From Chrysomallon squamiferum (taxonomy: Eukaryota; Animalia; Mollusca): a stretch of DNA of 64,000 nucleotides. The position numbers were made by a program, and so were the translations under genes. Numbering within the stretch: the first letter of the stretch is position 1; every line of letters begins with the position of its first letter. Of this stretch, positions 15,185 to 30,892 are shown piece after piece. The stretch spans positions 38,502,001-38,566,000 of the forward strand of contig CM022665.1 of assembly GCA_012295275.1 (NCBI GenBank). The letters are read 5' to 3'. The notes under the pieces are model-generated. The model was given only the letters and a program-made list of their open reading frames with translations. It had not been told where the DNA came from and did no database searches.

Positions 15185-15912
15185 ATACTATTAAAGACAG
15201 TCCCATTTATTATGTACAGTATATATCGGAGATTTCCCACAGAAAATAATTTTTCAAATTAATGTAATTATTAACCATTTCTTAACTGAATCTGTCAGAC
15301 TGGGGTAAGTTTTGGCTCCTTAGGGTTTTGTAGGGTTAATCCCATTTATGAAAAAAACTTGCCCCAGAACAGGAAATAATTTCAATAGATTCTTCAAACG
15401 ATACTGAAAAAATATGATAAAATTTACTAAAAAGACGTCATTTTTTTTTTCTCTTCTTTTAAATGACTGAGAAAAGACTGACAAAATGAAAGGACGAAAA
15501 GAAATGGTTGGCTGACCACGTAATCTTCGGCCATCTTGTTAATTTTCACAATAAACTTGGCAACCCTACTGAGGCTGGTGTAGTTAATTTAAGATGTTGT
15601 AGTTAGATATGTCATATGTAATTATTTATCAAAGACAATTTTTAGTGTCACTGTTTCCTTGCACAGTTGTGGTGTAGTATAAAAAAAAGATGTTCATTTT
15701 GGGTAATTGGGCTGGAACCTTCTGTTGTGTGATATATTAATGTACGGACTTTTTTCATATTTGTACGTATGTAAATGTGTTTATGCATGTTTATTTTTAA
15801 AGACACACATACACATAACATACATACATATATAAATATATACATACATACATACATAATATATATATACGTGTGTGTGTGTGTGTGTGTATGTGTGTAT
15901 TTGTGAGTGTGC

Positions 15913-15944
<32 letters not shown>

Positions 15945-16573
15945 AATTGCGTATGTATGTCTGTATGTCTGTACGTACAGTTTTATATGTAAATTCCTTT
16001 ACGTATATATGTTGATGTATGCATGAGTGAACATGCACGTTTATAAAGATAAAATAAAATATATATATATATGTAGGTATGTTTTGTTATTTATTTAAGA
16101 CGTAAGAGAATACATTGACTCAGTAACAGTATGAGGTGATACATTAAGTTCAGCACGAGTCTAACGGATCTGTCCACAGACTGGTATTAAGGTGGGGTCA
16201 ACTGCTATTCACGGTATAGGTTGATGGGAAGCAATATTACGCATCAGCTACCTTCCCTGTCCGTAACAAATCGCATCTGTAACCACCCTAAGCTAAACTA
16301 CGTTTTTATTACTCACCTTTATATTTATCAAAGTTTATTAATCTAAAACGCACTACGTATTTGTAGACTTGAGTTGTTATCAACGGCAGAAATTCAGTTA
16401 ATAGGTTAGAGCCGTGGGTCTAAATCGTACACGTTATACAAGTTTTTTTTTTTTTTTTACAAAACTCTGGGGCACAGTGAACATGGCCTCTTTTGTAATT
16501 AACGTGTATCGTCTGGTTTGGTAGCATCATCAGCTCGCTTCATCTTGTTTCCTCACTCTTTTTAGTTTCGTTT

Positions 16574-16606
<33 letters not shown>

Positions 16607-16814
16607 CTCGTCTTTATTTTTCACACTCTTTGTCTTTATAGTTTTATTCATACTCTTGTTCTGTTTTTTTCTTGACCTTTTTAACTGTTGATTCTGTCTC
16701 GATCTGTTTCTCTTTCATCGTGTATCTTACTGTGTGTGTATGACATCTCCTTTCTGTCCTTTTCTCTTTAGCTTTCATTCTCTCTTTCTCAGCTTATATT
16801 GTATTTGTTTGTTT

Positions 16815-16879
16815 GTATGTATGTATGTATATATGTATATATGTATGTATGCATGTATGAATTTATGTATGTAAGTATG

Positions 16880-16913
<34 letters not shown>

Positions 16914-17106
16914 TGTATGTATGTATGTATGTATGTATGTATGTATGTATGTATGTATGTATGTATGCATGTATGAATTTATGTATGTAAGTCTGTATAT
17001 ATGTTTATGTATGTATGTATCTGTATGTATTTGTATGTATGTATGTATGTATGTACGTATCCATCTGTCTCTGTTTCTTAATTATCTGCCTTTGTATCTT
17101 TGGGTT

Positions 17107-17175
<69 letters not shown>

Positions 17176-17220
17176 GTGTTTGTGCGTGTGAGTGAGTGTG
17201 TGTGTGTGTGTGTGTGTGTC
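16815..17220 (+). repeat. Compound microsatellite cassette copy A: (TATG)n, 51-bp unique core, (TC)n, (TG)n
   Basis: Core 17055-17105 is the exact reverse complement of 23163-23213. Confidence 0.9.
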
Positions 17221-19165
17221 TTTAGTTTTTTCTGTCTTCTTGGTGCTTATTTTCTTAGTCATCCCTCCTTTTCTACCTCCCACACACCCAGTCTGTCTGT
17301 GTCTCCCAGTCCAGATCTGACTCTACCAAAATACCTCAGTTACGAAATAATGTGTGACGGTATAAATTTAATTATCATTCGTCGTGTCACATAAAAAATG
17401 ACTAATGATGTAATAAAAATATTTGTCTCTTATCAGATTAAGATCAGGACTCGGTAACCTTAGCTGTAATTTCGTGGCTTTTCACACCAAAGAAGCAGAT
17501 TTGTTTCTGACGTTTAAGACAGAAATTTGTTTGGCTTTTAGAACCGATATCAGTTAATACTTGCTGTTTCACACGTAATACTGTCAAAACTACACCTGTA
17601 CACAACATCTACAGTCGACAAGGGTGAATGGTCGATTCGTGACGGCGTCAACAAAAACACAGCAGTTGTTTAGTAAATACTGGCTCCACAAACTATCCCA
17701 TACTTAACATGCTGCCGACAAACATCGATTTTTGCCCTCGCCCATTTCTAAAACCATTATTTTCATTTGAAAAGCTGAACAATAAAACATCTTCATCTTT
17801 TAAGCCGATGTTGTCAAAACTCGAATCGTATATTTTCATATTTAAATATAATATATATTTTAAACATAAACTTTGTGAAGACTTCATCAAAGGACACGTC
17901 ATGCGTATAAATAAAATACGTCGTCTGGAATGTAGTATTCTCCTCTAAGTGGAAATTAACCATACTGTCACAAAAGAAAATGGCCGCCCTTTTCCCTCTA
18001 GAAACTCATGTGTGATTATATGGTTCATTTGTGTACCAACAAAAATAATAACAGGGTTTGAATCCGAACTATGCTGTATATTATTTCTACACCAACACTT
18101 TTGTTTAAACGCGAACAAGTCTTCACAAATGTTTGGAACAGCACGTACATTTGCAGCAATAAATCTCTCCGCTGGTTACGAATAATTAAGTCTCTATTTC
18201 GAAAGTCTTAACAGTATGGAACAGTGGTAAAATAAAACAAATATATATTTTATTATATTTTTACTGTATTATTTTATTGCTTCCTTATTTTTTATTTGTT
18301 TCTTTTGTTGTTATCTGAATACTTTAAATTATACTTCTTATTTGTTATCGCGAAATTACGTATTTGAAAGTATCATGTGGATATTTATATATGTGCTTGT
18401 CAGTTAGAATATCTGCTTCGGCTTACACAAGAAATGAAATACATACGTATGTTTATTTACGTATTTGCCACTAATCTGGTTTTAAAAAAAAACTGCAATT
18501 TTATATTAATTTCATCATCATCATCATCATCTCACCATTTCTATTATTACCACCATCACTATCATCATCATCCATCATCATCATCATCACCATCAACATC
18601 ATCATCACTGTCATCAGCATCATCATTATCTTAATAGTTTCAATAGATCTAAAATCTTCATCCAGCCATTTGCTAAAAGGTCGCTTTTCCTACCACTGTA
18701 TTATAACCCACCTGCCCTCTGACCGTGATATCTTCAGTAGTATTATACCTTACCTATTCAAAACCCCGGATCATCGACTGGGAACAAACTAAATTACGTC
18801 TCACCTTGGCTCGGTCCACTACAACGAGTACACACACACACATATATGTATGTAAGTTCTTGTTTAACAACTCAGTCGAGGGGAACAGACTAAATTAAAC
18901 ATGACAGAATCAATCAATTTTGCATTGTACATCTGAATGCTGTCTATTTCTGGAGATTAAGCTAACCCGGTTCCGCTGGATTTACCTCTCCGTTGCCTCA
19001 TAGCTTTAATGGTTGAATTGTGATTTGGTTACAGTTTCTTTTTCATATAAAAATAGAGAAAAAAAAAAAAAAAAAAAAAAAGTTTCATGACTAGGTTTTG
19101 TACGTGGTTAAGAACCGTTCCAAACATAATGACGTGATGGCTGGAAGAGACATAACAATGATGAC

Positions 19166-19375
19166 GTTTCTCTGGCGATGTTTGAATTCATTTGGCTGTT
19201 AAAATAGGCTGTTACTTTGCCGGTGTTTGAACTGGGCTGTTTCTTTTGGTGATGTTTTGAATTGGGCTGTTTCTTTTGGCGATGTTTTGAACTGGGCTGT
19301 TACTTTGGCGATGTTTTGAATTGGGCTGTTTCTTTTGGCGATATTTGAAATAGGGTGTTTCTTTGACGATGTTTT
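19166..19375. repeat. ~30-bp minisatellite, about 6-7 copies
   Basis: Unit GAAYTGGGCTGTTTCTTTTGGCGATGTTTT; best copies start at 19229, 19259, 19289. Confidence 0.9.
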
Positions 19376-19794
19376 AAGTGGTGATTTTTTTTAAAAGGGT
19401 GTGTGTTATCTTGGAATAAAATACTATAAAATGAAATAGAGAAAAGATAAAATAAAATGCAATAAATAAAATAAATAAATAGCAGTGGCAGTAGTAGTGG
19501 TAGTAGAGGCAGCAGCAGTAGTAGCAGTAGTAGTAGTAGCAACAGTAGTAGTAGTAAATAAATAAATAAATAAGTAAAACACAATAAAAAGAAATATAAT
19601 AATAGATGCATTTTTTCCATTAAAAAATTAAGTTAGAAATCTTAAAGCTCTATTATTTATTTTGATTTTCATATAATAGCTACATTTTTAAATGTTATCG
19701 ATGTAATTTTTATCGATAGTAATACATGTACTGACATTGCCGTAGCAGCAGTATTAGTAAAAGTAGTAGTAGTAGTGGGTAGTAACAATAATAA

Positions 19795-19850
<56 letters not shown>

Positions 19851-20636
19851 CAACAACAACAACAACAATAACAATAATAAAATTATGAACACATAACACA
19901 ATTATGTCATATAAAATTTTTAGGTGTTAAAACAGTTCTGTTTATTTTTCTGTTTTCATCTATTAAACAACTCCACGGACCCCACCATCTTTCTTACTGT
20001 TACCTAGCCCTCGGTTACAAACGCACCAGAAAAAACAAAACAAAAATATAACATCTTGCTTAGAACAGAACGCAAATACGGTCCAACCTATTAACTCATC
20101 AACGGTTCTTTTGTGCACGATTTGCACGGGCCACAATTGTCTTGCTAATGTCACCGCATTAACATACGATTTATTTAATGAAGTAAACTATTATTTCCGA
20201 AACTTAACACTCGAACGTCAAGGTGCTGGCAGGGTTGCGACCGCCATCAATCGGCGCCTGGCGTTCCTTTGACGAGGCTTAAACTCGGGCCGAGAGAAAT
20301 AACGCCAAAGTCACGTTCGCCAAACAAGTAACGTGATGCCCACGTGTTTGATCATTAGATGGCGATGTTGCGGATTCTCACAACATAAACGATCTTACAT
20401 TGGAAAGAAAATAAAGACGAGGGCTGAAATGATACGTTTATAATGCTAAGATTAATCCGTAAATTCCCGATCTAGCACTGTAACTTTATACATAATCTGA
20501 GCTAATAAATTTGTACCGTCATGAAATGAAATGTATTCCCGCCGTCGGTCCAGTGTTGCATTTCACTTTATATCTTTCTTGGGTACTAATTATTATGTTC
20601 ATGTGCTTATTTTGCTTAATCTACAGTATTTTTTTT

Positions 20637-20683
<47 letters not shown>

Positions 20684-21454
20684 CGCACAGAAATAAATTC
20701 CATTGCTTAATCGCTACAAAAATGTGCCCCCAATTTCTTATGGATTGTGACAATTTTTTTATTTTTTTTTGAATAATATTATTGTATTATAAAAATAATA
20801 ATAATAAAAAAAGGAAAAAATAGAAATAGAAGAAGAAAAAAAAAAAAAAGAAAAAGAAAATAATACTTACAAGAAAAGAAAAAAAAAAAAAAGGAGAAGA
20901 AACCAAAAGAAGAAAAAGAAAATAATACTTACAAGAAAAGAAAAAAAAAAAAAGAAAAAAGGCTCTTTTTTAACAATTTTTTTATATGATATTTTAGAAA
21001 TTGAAGGGCGCGACTTGTTAATGATTTCAGGTTCTTTCATGTACTTGACAGGCCTCATTTGAACGGTTGTGCTCTTTCACGAATACACTACCTATTTTGA
21101 CGTATTCCGACATTTAGACAAATTTCACATGCACATATTAATATGAAACCGATACCCTTTATATTTAGTTTATGTGCAACCGATATATTGGTATGCAAAG
21201 GCCACGCCAAAGGGAGGAAGTGCATCTACTGAAGTCTTTGAAGGAGACACAGTTTACAGAGTCTTTTGGTGAATCACTGACTACTGTTTGAGAAATGATA
21301 TCATTTAAAAGTGGGTGGAAAGATAGATGGCGTGTGTTTAAGGCTGTGAATTGTTTTCCATCGTATATCATGAACTACTACGACAACACACAAGAACATT
21401 AATTATAATTTGAAATATTAGAAAAGGAAGAACGGAACAAAATACTACTTCGAT

Positions 21455-21830
21455 CGCGACGACGACAACAATAACAACAGCAGCAACAACAACAATAATA
21501 ATAATAACAATAAGAAGAAGAAAACATAATCATCATCAACAACAACAACAACAATAATGATAATAATAATAGTAATAATAATAAGAACAAGAACAAGAAG
21601 GACAACAAAATATAATCATCAGCATCAGCAACAAAAATCATCATTATTATCATCAACAAAAACAAAAACAACAACGACAACAACAACAACAACAATAAGA
21701 AGAAGAAGAAAAAGAAGAAAAAGAGGAAAAAGAAGAACAACAAAACCTCCTCACCATCAACGATAACAACAACAACAATAACCACAACACAACAACGACA
21801 ACAACGACAACAACAACAACAACAATAATT
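21455..21830. repeat. Compound AAC/AAT/AAG/ATC trinucleotide low-complexity field
   Basis: Direct inspection. Confidence 0.88.
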
Positions 21831-23051
21831 GAAAAAAAAGAAGATAATAATCAGTGGGAAAATAAACACGGGCGACAATGTCGGGCTTCACTCTGTTGTG
21901 AATCGCGTCTGCATTTAAAAGTTTCTCTTGGGCGTGCAGCGCAACATCAAAGAAATATCTTATGACCAGCGTTTTACGACTCTCATTAATATAATGCAAA
22001 TCACAGACCCTATTTACATTTACAGCGTCAGTTCAATATATTAATATTTTTAATGCGTAAAGTTCAAAGAAATTATAGGTGCTATGAAGTAAGTCTGGGA
22101 AAGCGACCAGAGGCAACGCAGCGCGCAAAGTGAAAAATTAATTTTTGTGATGAGTCTCTGACCTGATAACACATAAATTAAGTGAGACAAAAATTATTTA
22201 CTATCGTTATGCTGTCAGTGTTATAGTTTATATGAATAAAATAATAAAACAAAATTTTATAGACTTCTATAATTAATAATAAGAGTCATAAAATTATATA
22301 AATTAGTAGATCCATTTAATGACTTTTCTTTTCGCTTATTCAACCATACGTCCGTATATACGATTTCCTAATATGATTTGTCCATTTAATATTTCACTCA
22401 ATCATTTATACATCCATTTATGATCATTATTTTTATTTTCGTCGTCATCATCATCACCTCCATTGTTTACATCATGCTATTTTAAAAATCTAGTTCTTTG
22501 AGCCCCACGTCTGTGTAAAGTCTAGTTAAAGGCTGACAGACCAGTTCTGTCGGTGTAAATGCGCACTTCACGGTTTTTAATATATAACTCAATATGTCAC
22601 CAAAGTCGAAGACGTTGCCTCTGTCCACTGATCCCACTTAAGTGCCCGGATTAACTATATGTTAGTTAGTTCAAATATCCACGACTTTGCAGGTAACAAT
22701 AGTTACCCTTACTGAATACAGCGAAAAGCCGAAAATAAAATCGGTAGTTTAAGGTTCCAGATCTTAGCTTTCAGTTAATGGCTGTACATATAGTGGAAAT
22801 TATATGTTTTCAAAATAACAAGTCTAATATCAGTTTCACGTGACCGTAGGGTGATGGTGTGGAGTTCAGTGTTGCTAGAAGAAAGAAAGAAGAAAACGCT
22901 ACAATGCAGACAAGTTGACATACACACAGACAAACAGAAAGGCAAATGATGATTGATAAATACTGGCAGATAGGCAGATGCTGAGATAGACAGACAGATA
23001 GATAGAAAATAGTGATTGATAAAGATAGGCAAATATACAGACAGACAGACA

Positions 23052-23545
<494 letters not shown>

Positions 23546-23667
23546 GTAGATTCATATATTGTTGATTGTAACCATAAAGTGGAAATTCAAGTTTTAAAAC
23601 AACAACAACAATAAATGAAAGTGAATTCGGTCGAGACATCATTTTATTTTTATTTTTTAATAACTAA

Positions 23668-23970
23668 TACCAAAGACCATGGTATACACTTTCCTGTCTG
23701 TGGGAAGGTGTACATCTCTGCTGCTAACTGAAAAAGCCAGCTACTTGCATAGTGGGAGTTCGTCTCTTTATCTGTGTTGTCCATTAACTATATAAATAGT
23801 TATAACAAGAAGATAACAAATAAACAAACAAACAAATGAACGAATAAATAAATAATGAAATATCAACAACAACAACAACAACAACAATAATAATAACAAA
23901 AACAATCCGAAGCCCCAATCAAAATAAATAATTCAACGTGTCCTTAAATAAAACATTTTCTCGTCCATCC
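23668..23970 (+). mobile_element. Degenerate SINE-like dispersed repeat fragment
   Basis: CTTTCCTGTCTGTGGGAAGGT (23689-23709) matches 55740-55760 at 20/21. Flanks (caaagaccatggtat..., tgctgctaactgaaaaag, taaataaaacattt) resemble a gastropod SINE I recall. Confidence 0.55.
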
Positions 23971-24433
23971 TTTCAGATGATTAGATGATTATATAATAAT
24001 ATCTACAGGACTAATTCTGGGGGTCATCAAGGACTGAGTTTGATTAAAGTAATAAGGCCAGACTGAGATCGATCCAGATTCAGAACATACGTCATTTCGT
24101 TATCAGAAGTGATCACCGAGACAGATAACGATCTGTCTGCATCGGCCGGTTTCCGTTTTCATAGCCACAGTTTCTGTTAATCGCCGGAGATAACTACGAA
24201 GTGTAATTCGAGATCTCTCGGAACAACAATGTTGATACGTAGCGGACTACAGCTTGTCAACCGACAAATGCGTTCTGTAACCGGTAGCCGAATCGTAAAA
24301 ATTAATGAGTGTTTTTAACGACCTGTTATAAGTCTGTCAACCTCATTTCTGGTAATCAACACTAGATGTAGAGAGAATCACTGTGTGAAATACTTCATGT
24401 GTGTGTTATTTTTCAAAAGAGTGAATTAAAGTC

Positions 24434-24547
<114 letters not shown>

Positions 24548-24770
24548 GCAGAGCGACAGAGTATAAGACAACTGAAAAAGAGAAAAGGACACAATGAAAA
24601 ACAACAAAAAAGAGGGAAATAGAAAAGTTTAGAAGAATGAAGAAAATAATTATTAATTATATTTTAAATTTAACAGGTTTTTTTTTATATATAAGTTTTC
24701 TTTTCTTTTTTTCCCCTAGAAGCATTAAAACCAAGAAGAAGAGACAAAACACTGAAGAAGTTAAGTCGTT

Positions 24771-25030
24771 TTAAGAATTTGTTAAAGAAATAAAACCTCT
24801 ATTTGTAAAGATGTTAGATATAAATTTATTATTATACTGCTGGGTAAAAAATTATGTTTATTTTGCGCTGCAATTTCAGTCAGATAATAATAGATAAAAG
24901 TTATTACTTCTTAAGAATTTGTTAAAGAAATAAAATATTGACTGAAAGACATTAGATATAACTACGGTGTAAGTCAGTGCAAACTACCGAAAAAAAAATC
25001 TGTTTTACTTACTGTTGTGATTTCATTGAA
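24771..25030. repeat. Old ~140-bp tandem duplication (2 copies)
   Basis: TTAAGAATTTGTTAAAGAAATAAAA at 24771 and 24911, with similarity continuing downstream. Confidence 0.75.
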
Positions 25031-25233
25031 TGGAAAATAACATTGAGAAAATGATATATAAATAAATAATCATGACGACAGCTTGCTTTATCAAAAATAT
25101 CCTCTTTCTGTTTTATTTACAGAATTAAATTTGTCAGATCAACCTTAACATTTCAACGCGGTCATTCAAGAAAATACTGAATCTGCTTTAGGTTACACGT
25201 GTGTATTTTAGTATATTATTATTTTTGTGATAA

Positions 25234-25331
<98 letters not shown>

Positions 25332-27465
25332 CAAGAATGATGTAACACAGATTGAGAAGAAGACGACGACAAGAATTATTATCACTATGATATAATAACC
25401 AGTGTCCATGGAGGTGAACATCCGACGTTATGAGAATACCTTTCACCGTGCAGAACAATTACTAACTTTGTCATTCATACACTACGGCAATAAAAAAGCA
25501 CAATTATGAAATTAGTGAGAGCGTCCCGCTAGCAGACAACTGTCGATCGAACATCAAACAGGTTTCGAGAACATATTTGCGACAGGGGGCTGACGTTTAG
25601 CGAGTAATATGCAATGCACTATGTTAATGGCAAAAGTTGATTTGCCGCCGATCTCGCTGTGTGCCTTTGACGGCAGCTCTGTCAAGAGTCCATTACGATT
25701 TTTATTTGTTGTCTCTTACATGGTCTGTTTCATTAATGTTATTCGTCTATGGCTGGATTATGTGTGCATCTAAGTTTCTAAACACGCAGCTCCCAGTTCG
25801 AATTTACTAGCAAATAGTACTAGCCCTTGAATTTATTTTTGTTTTTGTATTTAGCTGAAGTTTAAACATGCGATACCAATGAGGATCATCACACACAAAC
25901 ACAAACATATAGCACACTGAAAGACAGGGGAGGAAAAATAGAAAAAGTCAGATTCCAATATTCAAAATTCAGTCACTTTATTTCTTTATTTTCTTTTTTT
26001 TTTTTTGTGTTCCTGTTTAGTTAGAATTCAAGAATTTGTAGAATTTAAAATGTAAAAAAAAAAAAAAAAAAAAAAAAAAATTATCAGTAGGTCAACGAGA
26101 GAGAATTTAGTAAAAATTCGACATGCGACAGCTCACGTCTCGTTTTGTAATCCTTCGTTTGAGTATTTTAATCCCTCCAAGCCGGTGCTCCATTGAAAAT
26201 GGAATAATACGTTTACATTACATGATTCAAATCTCAAATGTAAGACTTATGTAGTACCCTTATCTCACTGATGGTTTCAATTCATGACTCAAAGGGGAAG
26301 GAGGTGTGAGATTACTTCTGCCACTCTACCCTTTCTGTCACGATAACCTAGAAGATTAATATTCACATTTGCTTGGTTCATAGGCAGGCGTGCTTGAATC
26401 GTGACAGTACTGAAAACAAACATCATGTCCCCATGATGCTGCTGTTGTTACTGTACCTTTCATCTTCGTTCCCCAGCTGTCCGAGGGATATTTTGCCTGC
26501 TGTATTTTGGTTAAATGTAAAAGAAGAAAGATTAGCAGTACGTGTATATGTATGTGTGTGTGTGTGTGCGTGTGTATATATATATATATATATATGCATA
26601 AAATTATATACATACATATGTACGTATGTATGTATGTATGTTTGTATGTATATACGTAGGTACGTATTTTTGAATGTATGTGTGTATGTACGCTTGCACG
26701 TACGTACGTATGTATTTATATATGTATGTATGTACGTTAATGCCTGTGTGGGTGTTTTTATGTACGCATTTATTTATTTATTTATTAAATAGGAAGATTC
26801 ACATTATCGACCACAGAATCTTTTTTCAGCCTCTCCCCCGTGGGAAATACCTGTAATTACCTAACTGTCCTAAGTAGAGATGAAGATGAACAAATCATTC
26901 AGGTGACTAATCCACTGATAAATGTGAGTTTCGGTCTGATTGTTAAAAGACAGACCTCCCACTATTCGTCTGCTGTTTCTTTTCTACATAGAACAGAAGA
27001 AGGAAAAAAAAAAAAAAAAAAACGTTTTGCCCAAGGGATGATTGCACTGCAGTCTGGATCGCCTTCAAGAAAGGAAGAATGAAAGCAGAGGTAACTGAAG
27101 TACGAAGAATGTCTGTTTGTGAGCATTCAGCCCGTAGACTACAGCCAGTTTGCATCTAGCTTTGTTAAATTAAGCGAATAATTATTTTAATCACTAAACA
27201 ACACTAGTTTAGTTATGAGAATTATTCTGCTCCGTAGTGCACGAACATGTGAATTAACGTCCAGTTTATAAGTTTATGTAGCAGATATGAATCTTTCTGG
27301 ATTGTCTCAAAAATATACACGTTCATAGTTACATACATATGTCGTTACACACATACATAGATACATATATATATATACATATATATGCATACATACATAC
27401 ATATATACATACAGACAGACAGACATACACACATACACATATCTAACTACCTTACAACACAGAAA

Positions 27466-27516
<51 letters not shown>

Positions 27517-29621
27517 TCCAATGTTTTTCGTTCTCTGTTTCTTTCTCTTTCTTTTGTACACATTCTGTGTGTATCTCTATCATTATCTCTCACGCATCAC
27601 ACACATGCACAACATATATATCAATACGAGACTGAATAGCACCGACAAGAAAGATGTGCATAGCTGTAATTGTTCGTGGTCACGTTATGCTTTTATGTAT
27701 TCATAATGAGCCGCACACAGTTATAAAAAACAAAACAAAACAAAAAAAAAATAGAAGAAAATTAATGTGCTTCAAATCTCGTTCTGGTTAAAGATCATAC
27801 ACACAGCTATTAGAATTCTCTCTTCACTGTCTTATAACCACTTATTACCTACTCAACACCCCGAAAATCCATCAATTAATGGGACGTTATTTATCGGCAT
27901 ATTACGTACAGAGCCGCGACTTAGTGCGAAAAAAACCCACACACGATCTAACACATCTATTCGTGCAACTACAATTCTAACTGAAAAGCTATTCTTCTCA
28001 TTTGTTATAATACATACATCACATGCTGGTCTTATTCTTTTATCCTGCTATTAAATAATACCGTTGTTGATGGGAACACATTTGATACACTCATTACAAA
28101 TCCAGTCAGACGGTGCGGGTAAAACTATATTCGAAGATCTTCAGATAACAGGACACTAATACGGATTTTTTGCGGCACTTAAATGTTGTCCAGTTAATCC
28201 TGCAGTTTCTGGCTTTGTCGGAATATGTCACCCGGGTCATACTTCGACGCCTTTTTCGACGATGGCGACGCATTTATTATGGACTGGATTATGCGAGAGA
28301 AAAACAAGAAGATGTATACAGAAGAAGTCTGATGCCAGGGTGCCCCGGGGCACTGTGATCTTTTAACAAGATAATGATCTACAACGAAACCTTCTTTATT
28401 AAATTCAATCTATCGCTACACGCAAAGTGGAGCTCACTGTTTTACGCTGGTAGGATAAACAGATTTTTTATATATATATATATTTTTTTTTTTCAAACAG
28501 AATATCATTATGGTGTGTTGGTATGTGTGTGTGTGTGTGTGTGTGTATGTGAGTGTGTATATAAACAGACAGACAGACAGACAGAAACACACACACACAC
28601 ACACACACATATACACCATAACGATATTCTATTTGAAAACAAAAAAATATATATCTTGCCTTATATTTTTTTCTCTGCTACTGCAGTTGTTACCACTACT
28701 ACTTCTACCACAGCTACAATTACTACTACCACTACAACCACCGCTACTGCTCCTCCTGCGTCGTTTACAGTGACTTAAATGTAAAATACAACATATTGTT
28801 TTGTTCCCTTGAATACTTACGAAAATAATCTGACACTAATATGTGCAGTACGAGAGCATTATTGGATATTAACCCTGAGGTTAAATGTCTTTAACATTCC
28901 TCGTTAAGTGCTTCGGCCCAGACGGCAGTCATTTATTAGTAATTCAAGGCTTTAAATAGTCGAAACCTTGTAGTGAGACGAACTGCGAGTTCAATACGGA
29001 TCAGTAGATCACTAATGTACTTTTTTCTCTCACTGTTCTATTATAAGATCTTTTACACGTCGCGAAGTCTCCCTATTACAGCGGTTTCTTTCAGTTTCTT
29101 TACACCATAACCAATTTGCCAAAAAATGCTAAATGAAGCTAAGTCTTGCAATTATTATATTCAGTGTCAAGTCGTTAAGAATAACGTTTCCATCAGTTTT
29201 ATTTCTTACTTAATTATGCTATGGCTTACATACCATTCGCTTCACTACCTGTCATAAACTAGCGTTATGTATTATTTTGTTTTATCTGGGATATTGTTAT
29301 ATGTGTCTGTCATTCGTTTAGTGGAAATCCTCGTAGACGTATCGGTTTCGGAATAGGGACGAGAGAGTACGTTGCAAGTGCAGCAAATGACGACACCACT
29401 GTAGCAGCACGTTTAGAGCAAGAACTACGCACTCAATACACACCCGTATGTCTACCCTGGCTGTAATGAATAAGATAAATATTGACGGTATATACATTAT
29501 TACGGTATCATTATTACAGTGTAATAATTTGAAAAACGATACTGTGAAATAAATACAAACAACAAATACTCTACAAAATGTATCAGCAAGGAAAACATTT
29601 GTTATTTAACATATGTGACTT

Positions 29622-29675
<54 letters not shown>

Positions 29676-30784
29676 ATTTCTTTTTCTTCTTCTTTTTTAT
29701 TATTATTTTTTTTATTTTTTTATTATTCTAATAAAATGTAGCATCTATTTAGGCAATTTGTTCATGTCAGCAGAGGTAAAGTTTAATAAACAACCATAAA
29801 ACTACTCGAGACCAACCCGAATGATAATCTCATGATGGAAGGTTATAATTTAGTTATGTAAAAATAATGAGAAATGATACACACAAAAGTATAGGCGTAA
29901 TTAAACCCATTCGTGCATCATAATTGTTTGTTTGCTTCTTAAGATTCCTTATGAACGTTCTTCGTGCGTAAAAATACATCACAATAAATACATTGAGAGC
30001 GCGAGTGTAATTATTTACAGATGAAATAGATGAAGTGAAAAAAGAATATAAAAATAAAAAAACCTCCCCGTTGATAACAGTAAAAGAAAAGAAAAGACGA
30101 CGAAAATTGACGGCTTGTAGCCGAATAAAAAGTCACCCCATGATGTAAGAAAAAAAAAAAAAAAATAAGAAAGAAAAATGCTGACATTTCAAAGAAAACC
30201 ATTCGCTTAGGTAGGCAAAACTGTACTTTTTTTTTTCTTTATTGCAGGAGAAACGTTTCAAATTTGAAGTAATACAAGTAGTTTGTTTTCGAGGGGACTA
30301 CTTGATGGGACCCACGGGGCTAAACAGAAAACATTAATAATTTGAAGTTTGACTGAAAAGGATCTTACTTACGCGCGATTACACATTTTAATCACAATGC
30401 TGAAGCGAACAGTGTTAGGGTTCGAATAACATGATCTAACATTGCGAGTAACCTGGGGGAACAACAACAACAAAAAAAAAAAAAAAAAAATCGTCTTGGA
30501 AATTATATCATGTTCATGGAGGATCGAATTCAGCGAGAAATAACCAATGCTGAGGAGTGAGATGGTGTGGAAATAGATGGAACATCTGATAAACTGGTAC
30601 AGTGACGGAGGTAGATATGGAAGAGCTGAAGAAAGAGAGACAGAAAAGAAGAAAAAAAAAAAGCAACGAAAATTATAAATAGAGAGAAAGAAAGATATAG
30701 AGGTAGTTAAAGCCAGACAGAGAGAGAAACAAAGAAAAAGAATCGAGGAGAAAAAAAAAGAAACTAAGAATGATATGCATATAC

Positions 30785-30892
<108 letters not shown>

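Noticed and set aside
19166-19375. 30-bp repeats as a CRISPR array
   Set aside because: Head-to-tail units without unique spacers, no cas genes, eukaryotic intron-containing context
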